Part shown: positions 1-12,867 of the stretch, in pieces | How positions within the stretch are numbered: the first letter of the stretch is position 1 | Layout: each line of letters opens with the position of its first letter | Origin: the human T2T-CHM13v2.0 reference genome, Homo sapiens | Assembly: GCF_009914755.1 (NCBI RefSeq) | Contig: NC_060931.1 | Strand: one strand, 5' to 3' | DNA length: 64,000 bases | The notes under the pieces: model-generated | What the model saw: only the letters and a program-made list of their open reading frames with translations | Told to the model about the DNA's origin: nothing | Database searches by the model: none | Translations under genes and position numbers: made by a program

Positions 1-434
1 CCAGACACTAGATCAGATTGAGGACTAGCTAAAACAGGGACAAGGTGGAAACAGCTTTCCTTAAGACATGCCCACCAATGTGCCATGTCAGCTTACCATT
101 GTCATGGCAACACTCAGAAGTTACCATCCCTTTCCATGGCAGTAACTTGATGACCTAGAAGTTATTACTCTTTTTCTAGAAATTTCTGCATAATCCCCCT
201 TAATTTACATGTAATTTAAAGTGGTTATAAGTATGACTGCAGAACTGCCTCTAAGCTGCTACTCTCAGCACACTATGGAGCCCTGCTCTGTAGGAGCAGT
301 CATGGAGCTGTAACACTGCTGCCTCAATAAAGCTGTTTTCTTCTACCACCAGCTCAGTGTTAAATTCTTTCTTGAGCAAAGTCAAGAACCCTCCCAGGCT
401 AAGCCCCAATTTGATACTTACCTGTCCTGCATCA
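1..434 (+). mobile_element. ERV1 (MER4-group) LTR, MER66-like, 5' end cut by the window edge
   Basis: Matches recalled MER66 consensus blocks (GAGGACTAGCTAAAACAGGG, CATGGCAACAC, CTAGAAATTTCTGCATAA). AATAAA at ~326. Ends ...GCTAAGCCCCAATTT...CCTGTCCTGCATCA. Confidence 0.8.
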
Positions 435-2824
435 CTAACTTACTAATGTACTAAGATTTTTAGGAATCCAGAAAAAAAATTAACTAATCTAAAATATACA
501 GGTTGGATAAAGTTGAAGTTGAACTTTTATTCTCTCAGTTAGCATGCAGTGAGGACTCAAGATTTTATTGTCATGGTCCTATAAAATTTGATGGAAAGAA
601 AATGTATGCAAAGGATGAATCAAGAGGGCAAAAATGTTTAAGTCTTTCATTAAAGAAAAGACACTCAACGCAGTGCAAGGCTTCAATACTGTGCAGTGGG
701 GTGGTGTGTGTTAGGAGAGTTTAGACCTTAGAAGGAATAGGAATACATATGAAATAATCAACATGAGTCTTCCACATCTGCATTTACCATGGAGCACTTC
801 TATTCAGTAATAAGGCAGGTATTTTATTTTACTTTATTTTATTTATTCCAACTTGTCAAAATTAACAAAGGCCAAAGCTATGGTTGCAAATGTATTTTCC
901 CAACAAGTAATATCATTCATAATACCACTGTCCTATAAGGAAAGGAACAAGGAAGTGACATGTTCACTTTAACCTTTTAAATTATAGTTTTAAAAAGAAT
1001 AACAGAAAGAAAGAAGTGGCTGAAACCTAAATGCCATATGGAGAAGACAGCTAATTGGTAAGAAAATAATTTTTATTTCCAGTTTTGAATGGGTAATAAA
1101 AACAACTGAGAGGAAGGAAAAATAACATTATACAGTAGGTGGTGGCAGTTTCCTCTGAAGTAATCATGCATTAAAGTATAAAGTTGTACATAGCTTGGAG
1201 AAGTGTGCTGCTTCTCAGATACTCAATTGGTTAAAGGCAAACAAGCTAGTATAAAGTGGTTGAGTACAAAGATGTCATTTCCTCCTCCCATCAAATTAAA
1301 GAGGGTTGTAAAGTTTTTCTGTGTGTGACACAAACAGTGGTGTGCTTTACCTACTGCCAGCTTGGATCACTGTGATAGGACTTGCTGGTAAACATCACTG
1401 CATCATGGATTTAAAGAGGTGTCACCTCTTTTTCATTTGGCTGGAAGATGATAATTAGCAGACAAGTGTCTCCTGATACTCATAGGAGGGAGCAAAACAG
1501 GAAATCAAAGGCTTCCTACTCTGCAAATAATTGTTTGCAAATGCCTGGGTCTGTCAGGATTCCAGAAGATAGTGAACATTTCTCAGCTGGCGAAGCACTG
1601 CCTTTTTGACTCTGATGTCTGCATCTTATCATAGTGTGCAAATTATTTAGCAACTGCCACATTATTTATAGGTATGAATTGAACAAATTAATCTCATAAA
1701 TAATTCATTTGGGGGGCTGTGAATTAGCAGGGCACCACAGTAAAATAAAAATCTACTTTTACAAAGCTGATATCAATTGTCATTGTGAGTTAGATTCAAT
1801 CTTTTTTCAAACAACATTTTAGCATACTGCATGTGGCCTTTTTAAGGTTTAGAACCAAGACTGTGCAGATGAGGTGAATACAAGTATCTAGACAATCTGT
1901 TGGAGTGCTCTAAAAATAATAAAAGGAATATAAGTGCGGAATTCTGGTGTGAATTATCCAGATAATTGCTGCACTTTTTCAATTCACCTTGGGTGCATAG
2001 TTTTTTAAAAACTGTCTTTTTCCTTAATGAGAGTTCTGAAATATAGAGACTTATAAGATGAAATAGTTTGATACAGAAGAAAGTAGGTCTTGTCCTAACA
2101 GAGCAGCAGGCTGTCAAACTATTTCATCAATCAAAAAACCAAGAACAGGCCTTAGATACCCCACAATTTTTAAAACTGGAAACAGTGGGAAAAATTTTAC
2201 TTCCCTACAGTGAGACATAAGAATGTCAATGTGGACCTGAGAGAAAGACAGTCGCAAGTTTGTTTGCTAGTAGACTCCTAGGGAGCTGAACACAAAAATC
2301 CCATAAATAATTAGCTCTCCTGTGACAGGCTTCTGAATTACTGTGATACATTAATTGGACAAAATTAGCATGAATTAAGGCAAATAACTATAACATGTAA
2401 TTTATTACTTACTAAGCATGGTGCTGCAGTGGAAGCTTCGGATTTCCCTTAAGATTGCTTTAACAGCTATAATGCATTCCTTAATTTACTCTGTGGAAAA
2501 TCAATTTTTTCAGAGTTCATTAAGCACCAATATGTTACAATGCAGCTCTCTAGAGCATAGAGCCTCAATACATTATGCAAATCCATGCCAGTGTGGCACC
2601 AATATGTAAATAGAAGTAATGTTATTGTCAGTTTCCTATTGATAAGTCTGATGAGAATGAGAATACCTAGAACTTCTTGAATTTGTTGACTTATTTTGTG
2701 TGGTTGGGGCTGTTGCATGCTGTCCTTCACTGAATATAATGCCAATATTTCTTGCAAGGTATAGCAAGGCTTTCATCAATGACTGGAAACAGTGTCATTT
2801 CCATTTAATTCCATGCCTTCTTGT

Positions 2825-2890
2825 CTATGCTAACCAACCAATCAACAAGTGTTTATTAAGTATATATTATGGGCCTAGTGGAGTCCCTTC
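2825..2890 (-). mobile_element. L2 3' terminal fragment
   Basis: CAATCAACAAGTGTTTATTAAGT resembles the reverse-complemented L2 tail (CATTCAACAAATATTTATTGAG). Confidence 0.45.
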
Positions 2891-3345
2891 TGCATTTTAA
2901 GTGATAATAAGCTTTATTTACCTAATTTGATCCACAGAAATAATTTAGGTCATCAAAGCTGCAATTTCATGGAAATACATCTCAATTCCCCATTTCACTT
3001 GGCATCAATTGACTTAGGTCATATTAACAAAAAAAATAACATGTGGTTCAATTGAAAATAATTTTGTAAAAAGCAGTACGTTCAAGAAAAGTATAATTGA
3101 AGCAATTTGTTTGGCTTTAAGACTTAGTAGAAGAACTATTATTATAAAAACTAATATCCACAATATCTGATTTTTCAAAAGTTGGTGATTTTGTTTTCCC
3201 AATAAATAGCAATTCTGTAATCCTTATGACTTATTTTTTAAATGTTTCTTTTAGTTTCTAATTAATTTTCCACTATTTATTTTTTCTCTGGGTTATTTAT
3301 ACCATTAAAAAATCAATTAAGTCTCAATGTTCAGAAATAATAGAA

Positions 3346-3723
3346 TGCTATGGACTGAATTTTATCTCCCCCAAATTCATATGTTGAAGCCCTAATCCCC
3401 AGTGTGATAGTATTGGGGATGAGGACTTGGGGAGGTAATTAGGTTTAGATGAGATCATGAGGGTGAGGACATGATGATGGAATTAGTGCTCTTATGAGAA
3501 GAGATACCAGAAACATGCTCACACACTCTCCCTCCCCACCATGTGAGGATACAGGGAGAAAGCACTTATCTGCAAGCCAGGAAGTGAACCCTTGCCAAAG
3601 CCCAACCATGCAGGCACCCTGATCTCAAACTTTCAGACTCCAGAACTGTGAGGAATAAGTTTGTGTTATTTAAGCCATCCAGTTTATGGTACTTTGTTAA
3701 GGCAGCCTAAGATGGCTAAGACA
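3346..3723 (+). mobile_element. MaLR solo LTR, MLT1A/MLT1A0-like
   Basis: Starts TGCTATGGACTGAAT...CCCCCAAATTCATATGTTGAAGCCCTAATCCCC. Ends CTCCAGAACTGTGAG...TTTAAGCCA...GGCAGCC...CTAAGACA. TG...CA termini. Confidence 0.9.
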
Positions 3724-3842
3724 TTGGGTAACAGTTGGAATAATATAAATGTGTACAATTTGGTTGCTTGCATATAAAAATTATGTTGATTTATAAAATA
3801 TTAGGTAGAATATGATTCCTTTTTTTGGTTCCAAAATACTCT

Positions 3843-4085
3843 TTCTATATTATATATATAACATGTATATAAAATATATAAATATATTTGTATATATAAA
3901 TATATAATATATAATACATAAATATTATCATTTATAGAATACAAAAATATATAATGTATACAAATATATTATATATGATGTATTATTTATATTATATAAT
4001 ATATATCATATAATATATAAATGTGTAATATATAAAAAATATAATATATAAAATATAATATAAGTACATATTATATATACATTTA
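3843..4085. repeat. AT-rich (TA)n-derived low-complexity tract
   Basis: Degenerate TATA/ATATAA repeats, almost no G or C. Confidence 0.9.
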
Positions 4086-4239
4086 TGGAAGATGGAGGAT
4101 ATATATCTAGAAGTTATCTGCAATGAATACTTTCATTTCCTGCAATAAATAAGAGCTAAATATTATTTAAATGAAAGGAATTATATAGGACCATACGGAA
4201 TTATTTTCCCTACTGATTCTATTTCTTCTTTCTTCCCTG

Positions 4240-4733
4240 CTTACTTGGTTCTAGCCACACTCTCCTCTTTGGTCTTTCCTGGTACGCAGCATACAAGCCC
4301 ACAGATTGAGGACTCTGCACTTGCTGTTCTCTCTGCCTGGAGCTCTATGGCTCCAGATAGACTCCTGCCAACTCCTTCGCCTTGTCCAAGTTACCTTCAT
4401 TAAATGTCAGCTTAAATGTGTGCCTACTTTTTGCCCTACCTAGAATTGCAAGCACCTCTCACCACTGTGCTCCCATTCTCCTTAACTTAAGCCACTTTTA
4501 TTCTCATAATAAAGCCACATATTTTTTCTTATTATATCATAATCGTACTGTATAATTTATATTTTATTACTTTTGTTTGTATACTTATTGTATGTTTCTG
4601 TTCACAAGGATGTAAACCCCATGAACACAGAGATCTTTGATTGTTTTATTCACTGATTTATGCCAAATGTTTGGAACAATGCCTGGCACATAGTAGATGT
4701 TTGATAAATTTTTTTTTTTCTGAATGAATAAAT
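4240..4733 (+). mobile_element. L2 (L2a-like) 3' end
   Basis: CTAGCCACACT..., TGCACTTGCTGTTCTCTCTGCCTGG, GCCTGGCACATAGTAG...TGAATGAAT tail. Confidence 0.8.
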
Positions 4734-4824
4734 ACATTTTAGCCAAATATGCTGACTCTGCTTGTTTGGTTATATTTATGTGTGTGTGAATGTATGTGCA
4801 GAAAAAGAAGAAATTAGTTAATAC

Positions 4825-4960
4825 CAAATCTATAAAATGGGAAAAATAATGCTTACCTTATAGTGTTGTTATGAAACTCAACTAATATAAGATATGTGAA
4901 GGGTCTAGCATAAAATGTGGAGCATAATAAGCATTCAATAAATGGCATTCTGTTTTATTA
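4825..4960 (+). mobile_element. MIR 3' fragment
   Basis: CTATAAAATGGG...AATAAT..TACCT, and a tail ending TAAGCATTCAATAAATG. Confidence 0.7.
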
Positions 4961-5149
4961 ACCATCTGGTTGCCTATTGTTGAAGGTCGGCTCTTTAATG
5001 TGCAAATTAAGGTGTTTTATTTCCTTCATATATCAATTATAGTCTGTTTATTTACTTCTAGATAAAATCCTTTGATGGACATTTAAGCTGTGCCAACTAT
5101 TTACTAATAAAAATATTTACATTCTGTGGTTCCAGTTATTTTTTCATAT

Positions 5150-5345
5150 ATTTTCTTGCTCTTTTCCTTTATAGCACTTAATTTGAAATTATATATTTAT
5201 TAAACCATGAATTTCTTTAATGTTTGTTTTCATACTACACTATAATTTCAGTGAAGACAGGTGCTCACGTGACTTACCTTACCTTTTATATTTGGAACCT
5301 GGCACAGTGTGCTTGTCACATAGTAGGTAATATATATGAAATTAA
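5150..5345 (+). mobile_element. L2 3' fragment
   Basis: TTTATAGCACTTA...ACCTGGCACAGTG...CACATAGTAGG. Confidence 0.55.
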
Positions 5346-5469
5346 AGAAACACCAAAGACCTGAAAATAAATAGAAATGATAAAGCAAAAATGAAAGGAA
5401 GCCATCAGGAAATTTGAAAATGGAGAAAATTGCTGAAAATTGTTTTTATGGGATGACAATATGATCAAC

Positions 5470-5545
5470 TCCTCTCTTTCTCTATCTATATACATACACA
5501 CATACACACAAACATACACACACACACCAAATAGTTTGATGTATA

Positions 5546-5577
<32 letters not shown>

Positions 5578-5578
5578 A
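5470..5578. repeat. Compound microsatellite (TC)n/(CA)n/(TA)n
   Basis: Directly visible dinucleotide runs. Confidence 0.85.
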
Positions 5579-7984
5579 ATAATTTTTCCACTAAATTGTG
5601 GACTTCCTTGTTTTAAGCCAAACTCCTTTCACTCAGTTTGTCTGATATAAAAAGACTCAAACTCAGTGTAGTGGATTGGTGTGCTAGCAGTGTTTTCTAC
5701 ACTCTTAATTCACTACCTGATTATCAAGTATACTGATGGTGATTAGCTATTTAATTATAAAGAAATTGGTCATAATAATAGGCACAAAAAAAATTAAGGT
5801 TTATAGGCACCAGAAAAGATCTTTTTTGTGTGTGTGCGGAAAATACCCTGAATTTTTCCATATTTTCTACAATAAATAAGTCCTTTTATCAGTTTTGGTA
5901 AATGAGTATTACAGTGAGCATGGGTAAGATATTCTATACTTTTTCTAATGAAAAATTGGGCTGAGGATTCCAATACTGCTGTTTCTCGGCTGGACAGTGT
6001 TTGTTAGTGTATGCTACAATTTTACCTAGAAATGAAGTGAGTTTGGGAATGAGAGAAATTTTGATGCTTCAGCATTTATATGATTTTTATTTTATTGGAT
6101 TTTAAAATGGAAATACAATGCAAATTATATGGAGAATAAAACTGAGGAGAATTAGAAGGAAGAAAATTAACTCATAATTCAAAAAATTGGAAATGGGGAA
6201 AAAGAGTCCAACAAACTACTAGAGTAAAAGTTAAAAAAAAATCGCTGCTAAATTCAACATAATCTAATTGTCAAGAAGAAATCACTAGAATATTATTTCC
6301 ATGCCTAGGATACATCATGTTTTCATCACTGAATTCTTAGCACCTAGAACAGAATGAAAAAGGAGTCAGTCAGGAAGTTGGCTAGAGAACTAGTCTTTCA
6401 AGTATGTCAAAACATTATCGCGGCATCAGATATCTCTGGAAACATAACAAGATGGTGAAAATGGTGTTTCCTTATTTTCTCTCAGGAAAAATATTCTATG
6501 AAACAGAAAGAAATATTTTGTTTTAGCTTGGAGGGTGTAATAAAATATGGCGGCTTCTCAGGTGGTGGATGTAGTTCTCTGAGGGGCTTTGGTTTTGCTG
6601 AATACTGTGTGGAGTTTTAAGACCAAGCTGATTAACCTGGACTAAGAGGAGGTACTAAGCTCTGTATTAGTCTAACCATGCAGAGCAGTGGCCCCTTTCC
6701 CGTTTTCACAATGAAATTCTTAGCCTCTATCCTAAATGCATGGAAAAGAAATATTTAGAGACTATCACTTTTAAAGGGTAGCCTATTGATCATGCCTTGC
6801 TTTAGGATCCCACTGTTTTCATAGTACTTTTGTCCCTACAACACCTAAACATTGTGACATTCTTTTCTGGTATAGTTACCATCACACTGGAATGACTGTG
6901 AAAGATTTCAAGTCTCTGGGAAAAAATTCAGATGTAAAGGAGGCCGGGGGAAAATACATTTGTTTGTGAAAGGTTTGATTTCATGACTTCATGGCTTCAT
7001 ATGAACATAGATTATGTGGAGAAATTCTGACACCTCTGGAATGCTTAGAACAGAGCTAATGAAATTTTGACAAGCGTCCATAAATATGTATTTTACAAGT
7101 AGGTTTTGTGAATGTGTTTGATAAACACATATGATGGTAAGGTCAACAAAGTATGACTCAAAAAGTATTTACGGGGCAGAGTGTTATGATACATTGTATC
7201 AGGTTTCTGATTTACATGGAGTAGCTAGAAATGACTTTACATGATAAAATAGAGCATTTACTGCCTATAAAGGATATAAAATACTAACCCAATTTGTACT
7301 GCAGAAGTTTATGTGACTTTTATTACAGGTACTTTGGTTGTTTCTATCTGCTTGATAGTTATTTCTTAGGGTTTTTGTAATATTCATTTTAAACATTAAT
7401 ACTCCAAGATTAGATTAAAATCTAAGTATCTGGTAAATAACATATATTGTGAAAGATTATGTTGTGAATGAGAACATTTTCTAACAGAGAAATAGCTATG
7501 AAATCTTTTAATGATCTATCATCCAAATAGTACAGTTAGAATGAGAGCTTTTAAAGATGTCTAATTTCTCAAACACTTTCCAAGTAATTTCATCTTTTAC
7601 GTTATATAACTATGTGTTCTGAAAGTGCTTTGAATAATAAAATCTCTTGGTCTGAGATTAATAACCACATCTGTTTGTTTACTTATGTGTTTAACAATAA
7701 TGTCATATTTTATAGCAATTTTAATGTGCTTTTACATCTGTTATGACATTCTGAGCTTACAATAGTCATACAAATAAATCATCTTTTAGTTAGGATCACT
7801 TCATATAGACCATTTTTATATAAACATTGAATCAAAAGTCTGGGTTCAAATCCAGTCTTTGCTTTCTGCCTATACATGGGACTTATGAGAGTTGCTAACA
7901 TTTAATAAGCACATACAATTGTCAACTATGATGGTTTACATACTTTATTTAATGACCCCTGGCATTGGCACCTTTATAATTTCT

Positions 7985-8125
7985 TTTTATACATTACAAC
8001 ACTGAGGTTAAAGGAGATTAAGTAATTTGCCCAAGGTTACACAGCTTGTAAATGACAGAGCTGGTAATAGAACCCTTGCCTGCCAGAACCCAAAGCCTAA
8101 CTTTAATTGCAACTAGACTGCACCT
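7985..8125 (-). mobile_element. MIR core
   Basis: ACTGAGG...AGATTAAGTAATTTGCCCAAGGTTACACAGCTTGTAAATGACAGAGCTGG. Confidence 0.8.
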
Positions 8126-8689
8126 CTTTAAACCATGGAGACTGGAGACACAGCTTCCATAGAAGAATGCTTTGCTTTCAATGATCCTGCTTACCTGAAA
8201 TGTAAATTGTGGACTTCATGGAGCCACATTGGGAGCCTAACTCTAAGTTGTTTTTTTTTATATATATATAGCCATCACTTACCTTTGCATGAAGATTTGC
8301 CACAGGATTTGTCACTGTTGCCATTCTAACACTTCCCAATCAAATAGAAAACAGTCCTAAAAAGAAAATGTTGATCAAAACACTTTCTAGTTTCTCAGTC
8401 TTGATGTTACTGTTTTTTTCCTCCTGGACATTGTATTTTGTTCTTGTGAGAGAAGTCAGATTCAGAATTTTCTCAAAGTGTAATGAGACAGAGGAGTTCT
8501 AGAGCTAACCAAGTAGGACAGCTCAAGGAAGCACAACATGAGGGAGACATTCAAAGAAGATGAGTGAAGAACCATGAAGGGCCATGAAGACAGAGCCAAC
8601 TTTCAATGTGAATGGAAAACAATAAAAATACCAAGACTGGAGGAAGGCTGTGGACGAAGGGCATGGAAGAGCAATTAGATCTAAGATAG

Positions 8690-8969
8690 TAGATGACACC
8701 AGCACATGCATTTGTTTGCAATACAGGAGAAAACCCCTGAGCTTAGGTACTTAGTATTGTGTAAAGTTAGGCATGCCAGCCTTTGCTCTGGAGGGAGACA
8801 TTATATTTATTTTGCTGGACAATAATTATTCCTGGAGGGAGATACCATCTCTATCTTCCAAGGCTGTTTGATAAACAAACATCCTTCAAAGCACAAAGGC
8901 AACCAGTGCCTTTACTTCCAGTATAAGCAGATTTCCGTGGGACTGATAAAGACTTGTGTTTCATTAATA
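8690..8969 (-). mobile_element. 3' LTR (partial) of ERVL-class provirus, MER76/MER70-like
   Basis: Begins right after a PPT-like AAGGTGTGGA on the minus strand (8970-8979). Contains GGAAGATAGAGATGGTATCTCCCTCC, ATAATGTCTCCCTCCAGAGCAAAGG and CCTAAGCTCAGGGGTT, recalled from MER76/MER70-group LTRs. Confidence 0.6.
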
Positions 8970-9039
8970 TCCACACCTTGTTTCTATACTGTCTTGGCAT
9001 CTGACAAGTTTTTCCCAAGGGAATACACTCCATCATCAA

Positions 9040-9830
9040 CTCCAGTGGTGTCATTGATCACTTCAGCTAAACTCAAGGACAAATTCTATATTACCTATTC
9101 TATGTGGATAACTTCTATCTAGGGATAACAGCCCACAGGATGTAAAACAGTCATTCCTCCTGGAAGCATCCCTGAGTAGCCTAGCTTTAAAGAGATTCCT
9201 ACAGTTATCTGAGATTTTCTTGATCCACTGGTGGTGTTTCCTTAAACACTTGGAGGTCTCTTATGAATACCTCTAAGGTATATGTCACTGTGTTTTCAGG
9301 AGGGAAATAAGTTCATGACTGGCTTTTATATAGGAAGTCCATTCCTGAAGGTGTCACAGTGCCATGGAGATAATGCTATTTACAATTATTGGGCCTCCCA
9401 AGTGGGACCTACACAAGTTGGAGGCTACAGGCTGATGGAGCCTCCAGGCCAGCTGGTCAGTATTAGTTTTCCCAACTTAGTTCAAATGGTTGAAACTAGT
9501 CTTTGTGTTTGGAGGGGGAGCCAGTCTAATCTGTTCTGTTTGTCTTGTCATCCGCCTGGTGACATTTGTCTGCTCCATGCAATGATTAAGCCTTGACAAA
9601 TGGTAAATGGCAAATTGATAAATGGGGGTGTTGAAAGATGATTTGTATGTGAGGTGCAGAAGCTAGGACTCTGTGTACTCTTTCTGATGAACTTCTCTCT
9701 ATGTTTGAGGGGATAATTTTCAAATCATGGTAGGAGCAGTCTGGTAGGAATGGCGGACGCAGAAAGTCAGTTTAATATAAAGCTCTTGCAACAGTTTGGG
9801 AGATGAGTATCACGGTGTTTTCATTTAGGA
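9040..9830 (-). pseudogene. env: Degenerate retroviral env remnant (SU start, SU C-terminal motif, start of TM)
   Basis: Hand translation gives NENTVILISQTVARALY*TDF (like the N-x-FI-x-LA-x-IA...N-x-T-x-CWVC SU start), TPSGMDFLYKSQS*TYFPPENTVTYTLEVF (like P-x-G-x-x-FLCG...LP...CTLG) and ILWAVIP...IEVIHIE*VI*NLSLSLAEVINDT (fusion peptide plus N-heptad). Many stops and frameshifts. Confidence 0.6.
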
Positions 9831-9879
9831 GGATGCCTCCAGAGTGGCTCTGACAAACAGCGTGTCTCAATGTCCCTAA

Positions 9880-11930
9880 CTCTCCCCTAAGATTTTTATT
9901 CATTCTCCATCCAAGTGCTAAGGTTGTTGCTCTCCCTTCACTGGCACAAAATCAGCATTTCCCATTCACATAGCAATTGTGCCATTTGTTTTTCAGTCAT
10001 CTTCTATTTGCATCCAGATCTTTCATTTGGAAGTATCAAATATTATACAACAGTGCATTTTTATAAAACTCACAGAGACACATAACATTGCCCACTTTTG
10101 CCAAGGTGGGCTACCATAGCATACTTGGCTTAGAGTATGCTTATGCAAATATTCAATATTCTCATAATCTAGGACTATATACATATATCCAATAAGAGAA
10201 TCCAGGTGACTGCCCATAATTAAGTTTGAGTCCCCTAGGCCCCCTTTTAACCATGCTGATGTTCATAGGGTACAGCAACCAGTCCTGCCTGAGGTAACGG
10301 TTAGGGGAAAGAAAGATACACCATGTTCATGAATGGGCAGAGCAAAATGTCAGTTTTTCAAAATAAATCTATGTAGCTCCTCAATGTCTTTGACCTGCCT
10401 ATTACCCATAGAGCAGGTGAGAGGAACAGATCTCTTTTTGGAGATAATTGTCTTCAATGACCAAACTACCTTACTAACATTGCAGACCAGGAGGAGGTAT
10501 GGAAGTTAGAGTCAGAAATATTTTTGGCTTAATTTTGAGGAAGTATTTCCAATGCTCAATAATATCAGATACCTGTGGTTGTCTGGAAGGTCTATCAAAT
10601 ATCTAGACTATAAGCCCAGTATGGAGTGGCTTTTCCAGTAAGAGCTGAAAAGTTGTCATAATGGAAATTTTTTGAAAAGCCAAATATATGACACAGAAAG
10701 TGTCAAGGACCATAATGTTATAGCCAGAGTCAGTGGACGTGACAAGTATATCAACACTCTAACCTGTGTTTCAGTGGTGAGACATGGCCAACAGCCCCAA
10801 GAAGGTGGTCAAAAGTCTGATGTAGTTAATCTGCTAGGAGTGAGAGGGAGCAATGCCGCTTTCAATATGTCCTTTCTCACTGTGAGATAAAGAGGTCAAC
10901 TTTTGGCAGGAGCCACAAGTCTGGCATGTGGTAGGCAACATAGAGTCCTTTACTTTGTGGTTGTCTTGCAATTGTAGATGTGTTTCCATCAACATAAGGG
11001 GTTCAGGCAGCAATCATGGCAATCTCAGTGGTTCAGGCTGTATCAGCTGTTTGACTCCAGTTGGTCTCATCAAAAGCTGACACTTACTAAGGCGTGTACA
11101 TGAGTCACCAAGACAGTTTAATCAAAATCCATGGTTGCTTTCCACAGTTTGCAATTCTGAAGAGCAGTGTCTTTAATCTGCTAGTCTGCAGTTTTCCAAG
11201 CAGCAGACCAAATATCTAGCCCATTGGCAACAAACCAGGAGTTGTAAAAAATATACCAAGATTCATCAAGCAAAGTACTGGCCAGAGCTTTGAGCTCTGC
11301 CCATTCAGCAGAAAGACCAAATTTATTTTGGTACTAGTGTAGATGGTTCTGGGTTGGGCAGCCACAGCAGCCCAGTGGACAACATCATGATTCTGTTTAG
11401 CCAAACTATCTGTGAACCAGACCTAGACATTTAGGGTGATCTCTGTGGATCAAGAACCCCACTGAGTCAGCAACTCTGTCTCAAATGTGTTGGAGTGGGG
11501 AAAAAGTTTCCCCCAAAGGGAAGGCTACCTCTGTTTCATATAAAGCTGAGATACCTTGGTTCTGTTCTTGGCTATTTCATTTCCATTTGAAAAGGAAGGC
11601 CTGTTAGGTCCTTTCTGTCTTTTATTATTGAAGCCAAGTTATTGAGCCCAAGTTGACCCACCCCAATATCAGGTCAAAGAGTTGCAAGGCCTACTTGGAT
11701 CAAGTGCTCCATGTAGGTAAGAACCTAGCATTAAGTATTATATGGTTTTCAACAGGAAGTACTTGCTAGTCATGTCAGGAAGGTGATGTAGGTGGAAGTT
11801 GCTACCCTTTGAAAGAGGCTCCCATTGGCTAAATCATTAGCCACAGAAACTTAAAGCTCAAAAGGATGAGGAGATTTGTGGGGCTCCAACGATACCAGCA
11901 CTTCTCTACATGCAGCTCTTCCTAATCAGA
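9880..11930 (-). pseudogene. pol: Degenerate ERVL-class pol: RT connection, RNase H, integrase
   Basis: Hand translation: EPHKSPHPFEL*VSVAND (connection); VWFTDSLAK..WAAVA and SAEWAELKAL..IFYNSWFVANGLDIWSAAWK..VLVTHVHA (RNase H, ~11085-11425); TCQTCGSCQK (zinc finger), *QINYIRLL, YDNFSALTGKATPYWA and PQVSDIIEHWKYFLK (DDE core, ~10500-10930); KIWMQ...G.IA..G..FV.VKGEQQP (C-terminus). Confidence 0.85.
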
Positions 11931-12159
11931 AGAATCTCCACTGGCACTTTTGGGATGAGGCACAAGCATATAACATATCAATTTCTACTGTACCTTCAGA
12001 TGTTAAAAAAACATTGAATTGGCCCAAATGGCCCCACCCATAGTGTCATATTAGCTTTCTTTCACCTCCATGAACCCTATTTAAACTCCGTTAGCTCATG
12101 AGACATGCGGAAAAGGGATGCCCATGAGAAACTTTCTCCCACTGCCTAGTATTTTCCAA

Positions 12160-12510
12160 ACTCATTGTCTACATTTATGCCTCTGTACTATTGTTCATGA
12201 AATTCCCTCTGCCTGATATATCCTTCTCATCTCTCTCTGTCAATATTTGTCTCTTTTAGAGCCCAGCTCAAGTGTTGTATTCTCTGTAAAGCATTTGCTA
12301 ACCACACCCATTGGGCTGCACGTATGCGCTTTTCCTTGAGGGTTCCCATTGCCTATTTCTGTTATGGTAAGCATCCCACTGTGTTACCATTGTTTGTTTA
12401 CATGTCTCTTTATGCAGCTAGCCTGTGATGTTCTCAGCGCATGGGCCCTGTCTTGCTCATCTTTCTATCTTGGTGTCTGGTGCCATGCTTGTTTACTGAG
12501 CACTCACTCT
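12160..12510 (+). mobile_element. L2 (L2b/c-like) 3' fragment
   Basis: TTCCCTCTGCCTG...GCCCAGCTCAAGTG...TTGTTTGTTTACATGTCTC...CTGTCTTGCTCATCTTT. Confidence 0.7.
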
Positions 12511-12867
12511 TCTGAGTGATGGGCTGAGCATGGAGAATTAAGCTAGCTCCTATTGGAGTAGCATCTTATTTACTTTCCATTACTTTTTGACATTTAATAA
12601 GTCTTACTTCTGTCCTGTTCTTAAAGTTAAATATATTTCCTTATCAAAGTTGAATATAATAAAATAATAGTGCTAGGAAAACAGTTATGGCTTATAGATT
12701 AGATTGTTGATATGATATGGAAAGTTAACAGGATTCAAGTTATTTGGCTTAAAATCATACCTATTGCAAACTTCATTTGGCTACAAGAAGTTCTGATGGG
12801 CAAATTAATAGCTATAATATTATATAAGCACTCATAGAGCATTTACAATATTGTAAGCAGCAAATAT

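Noticed and set aside
10050-10380. dUTPase domain expected after the ERV-L integrase core
   Set aside because: The spacing would fit, but I could not read any of the five dUTPase motifs, so it is not called.
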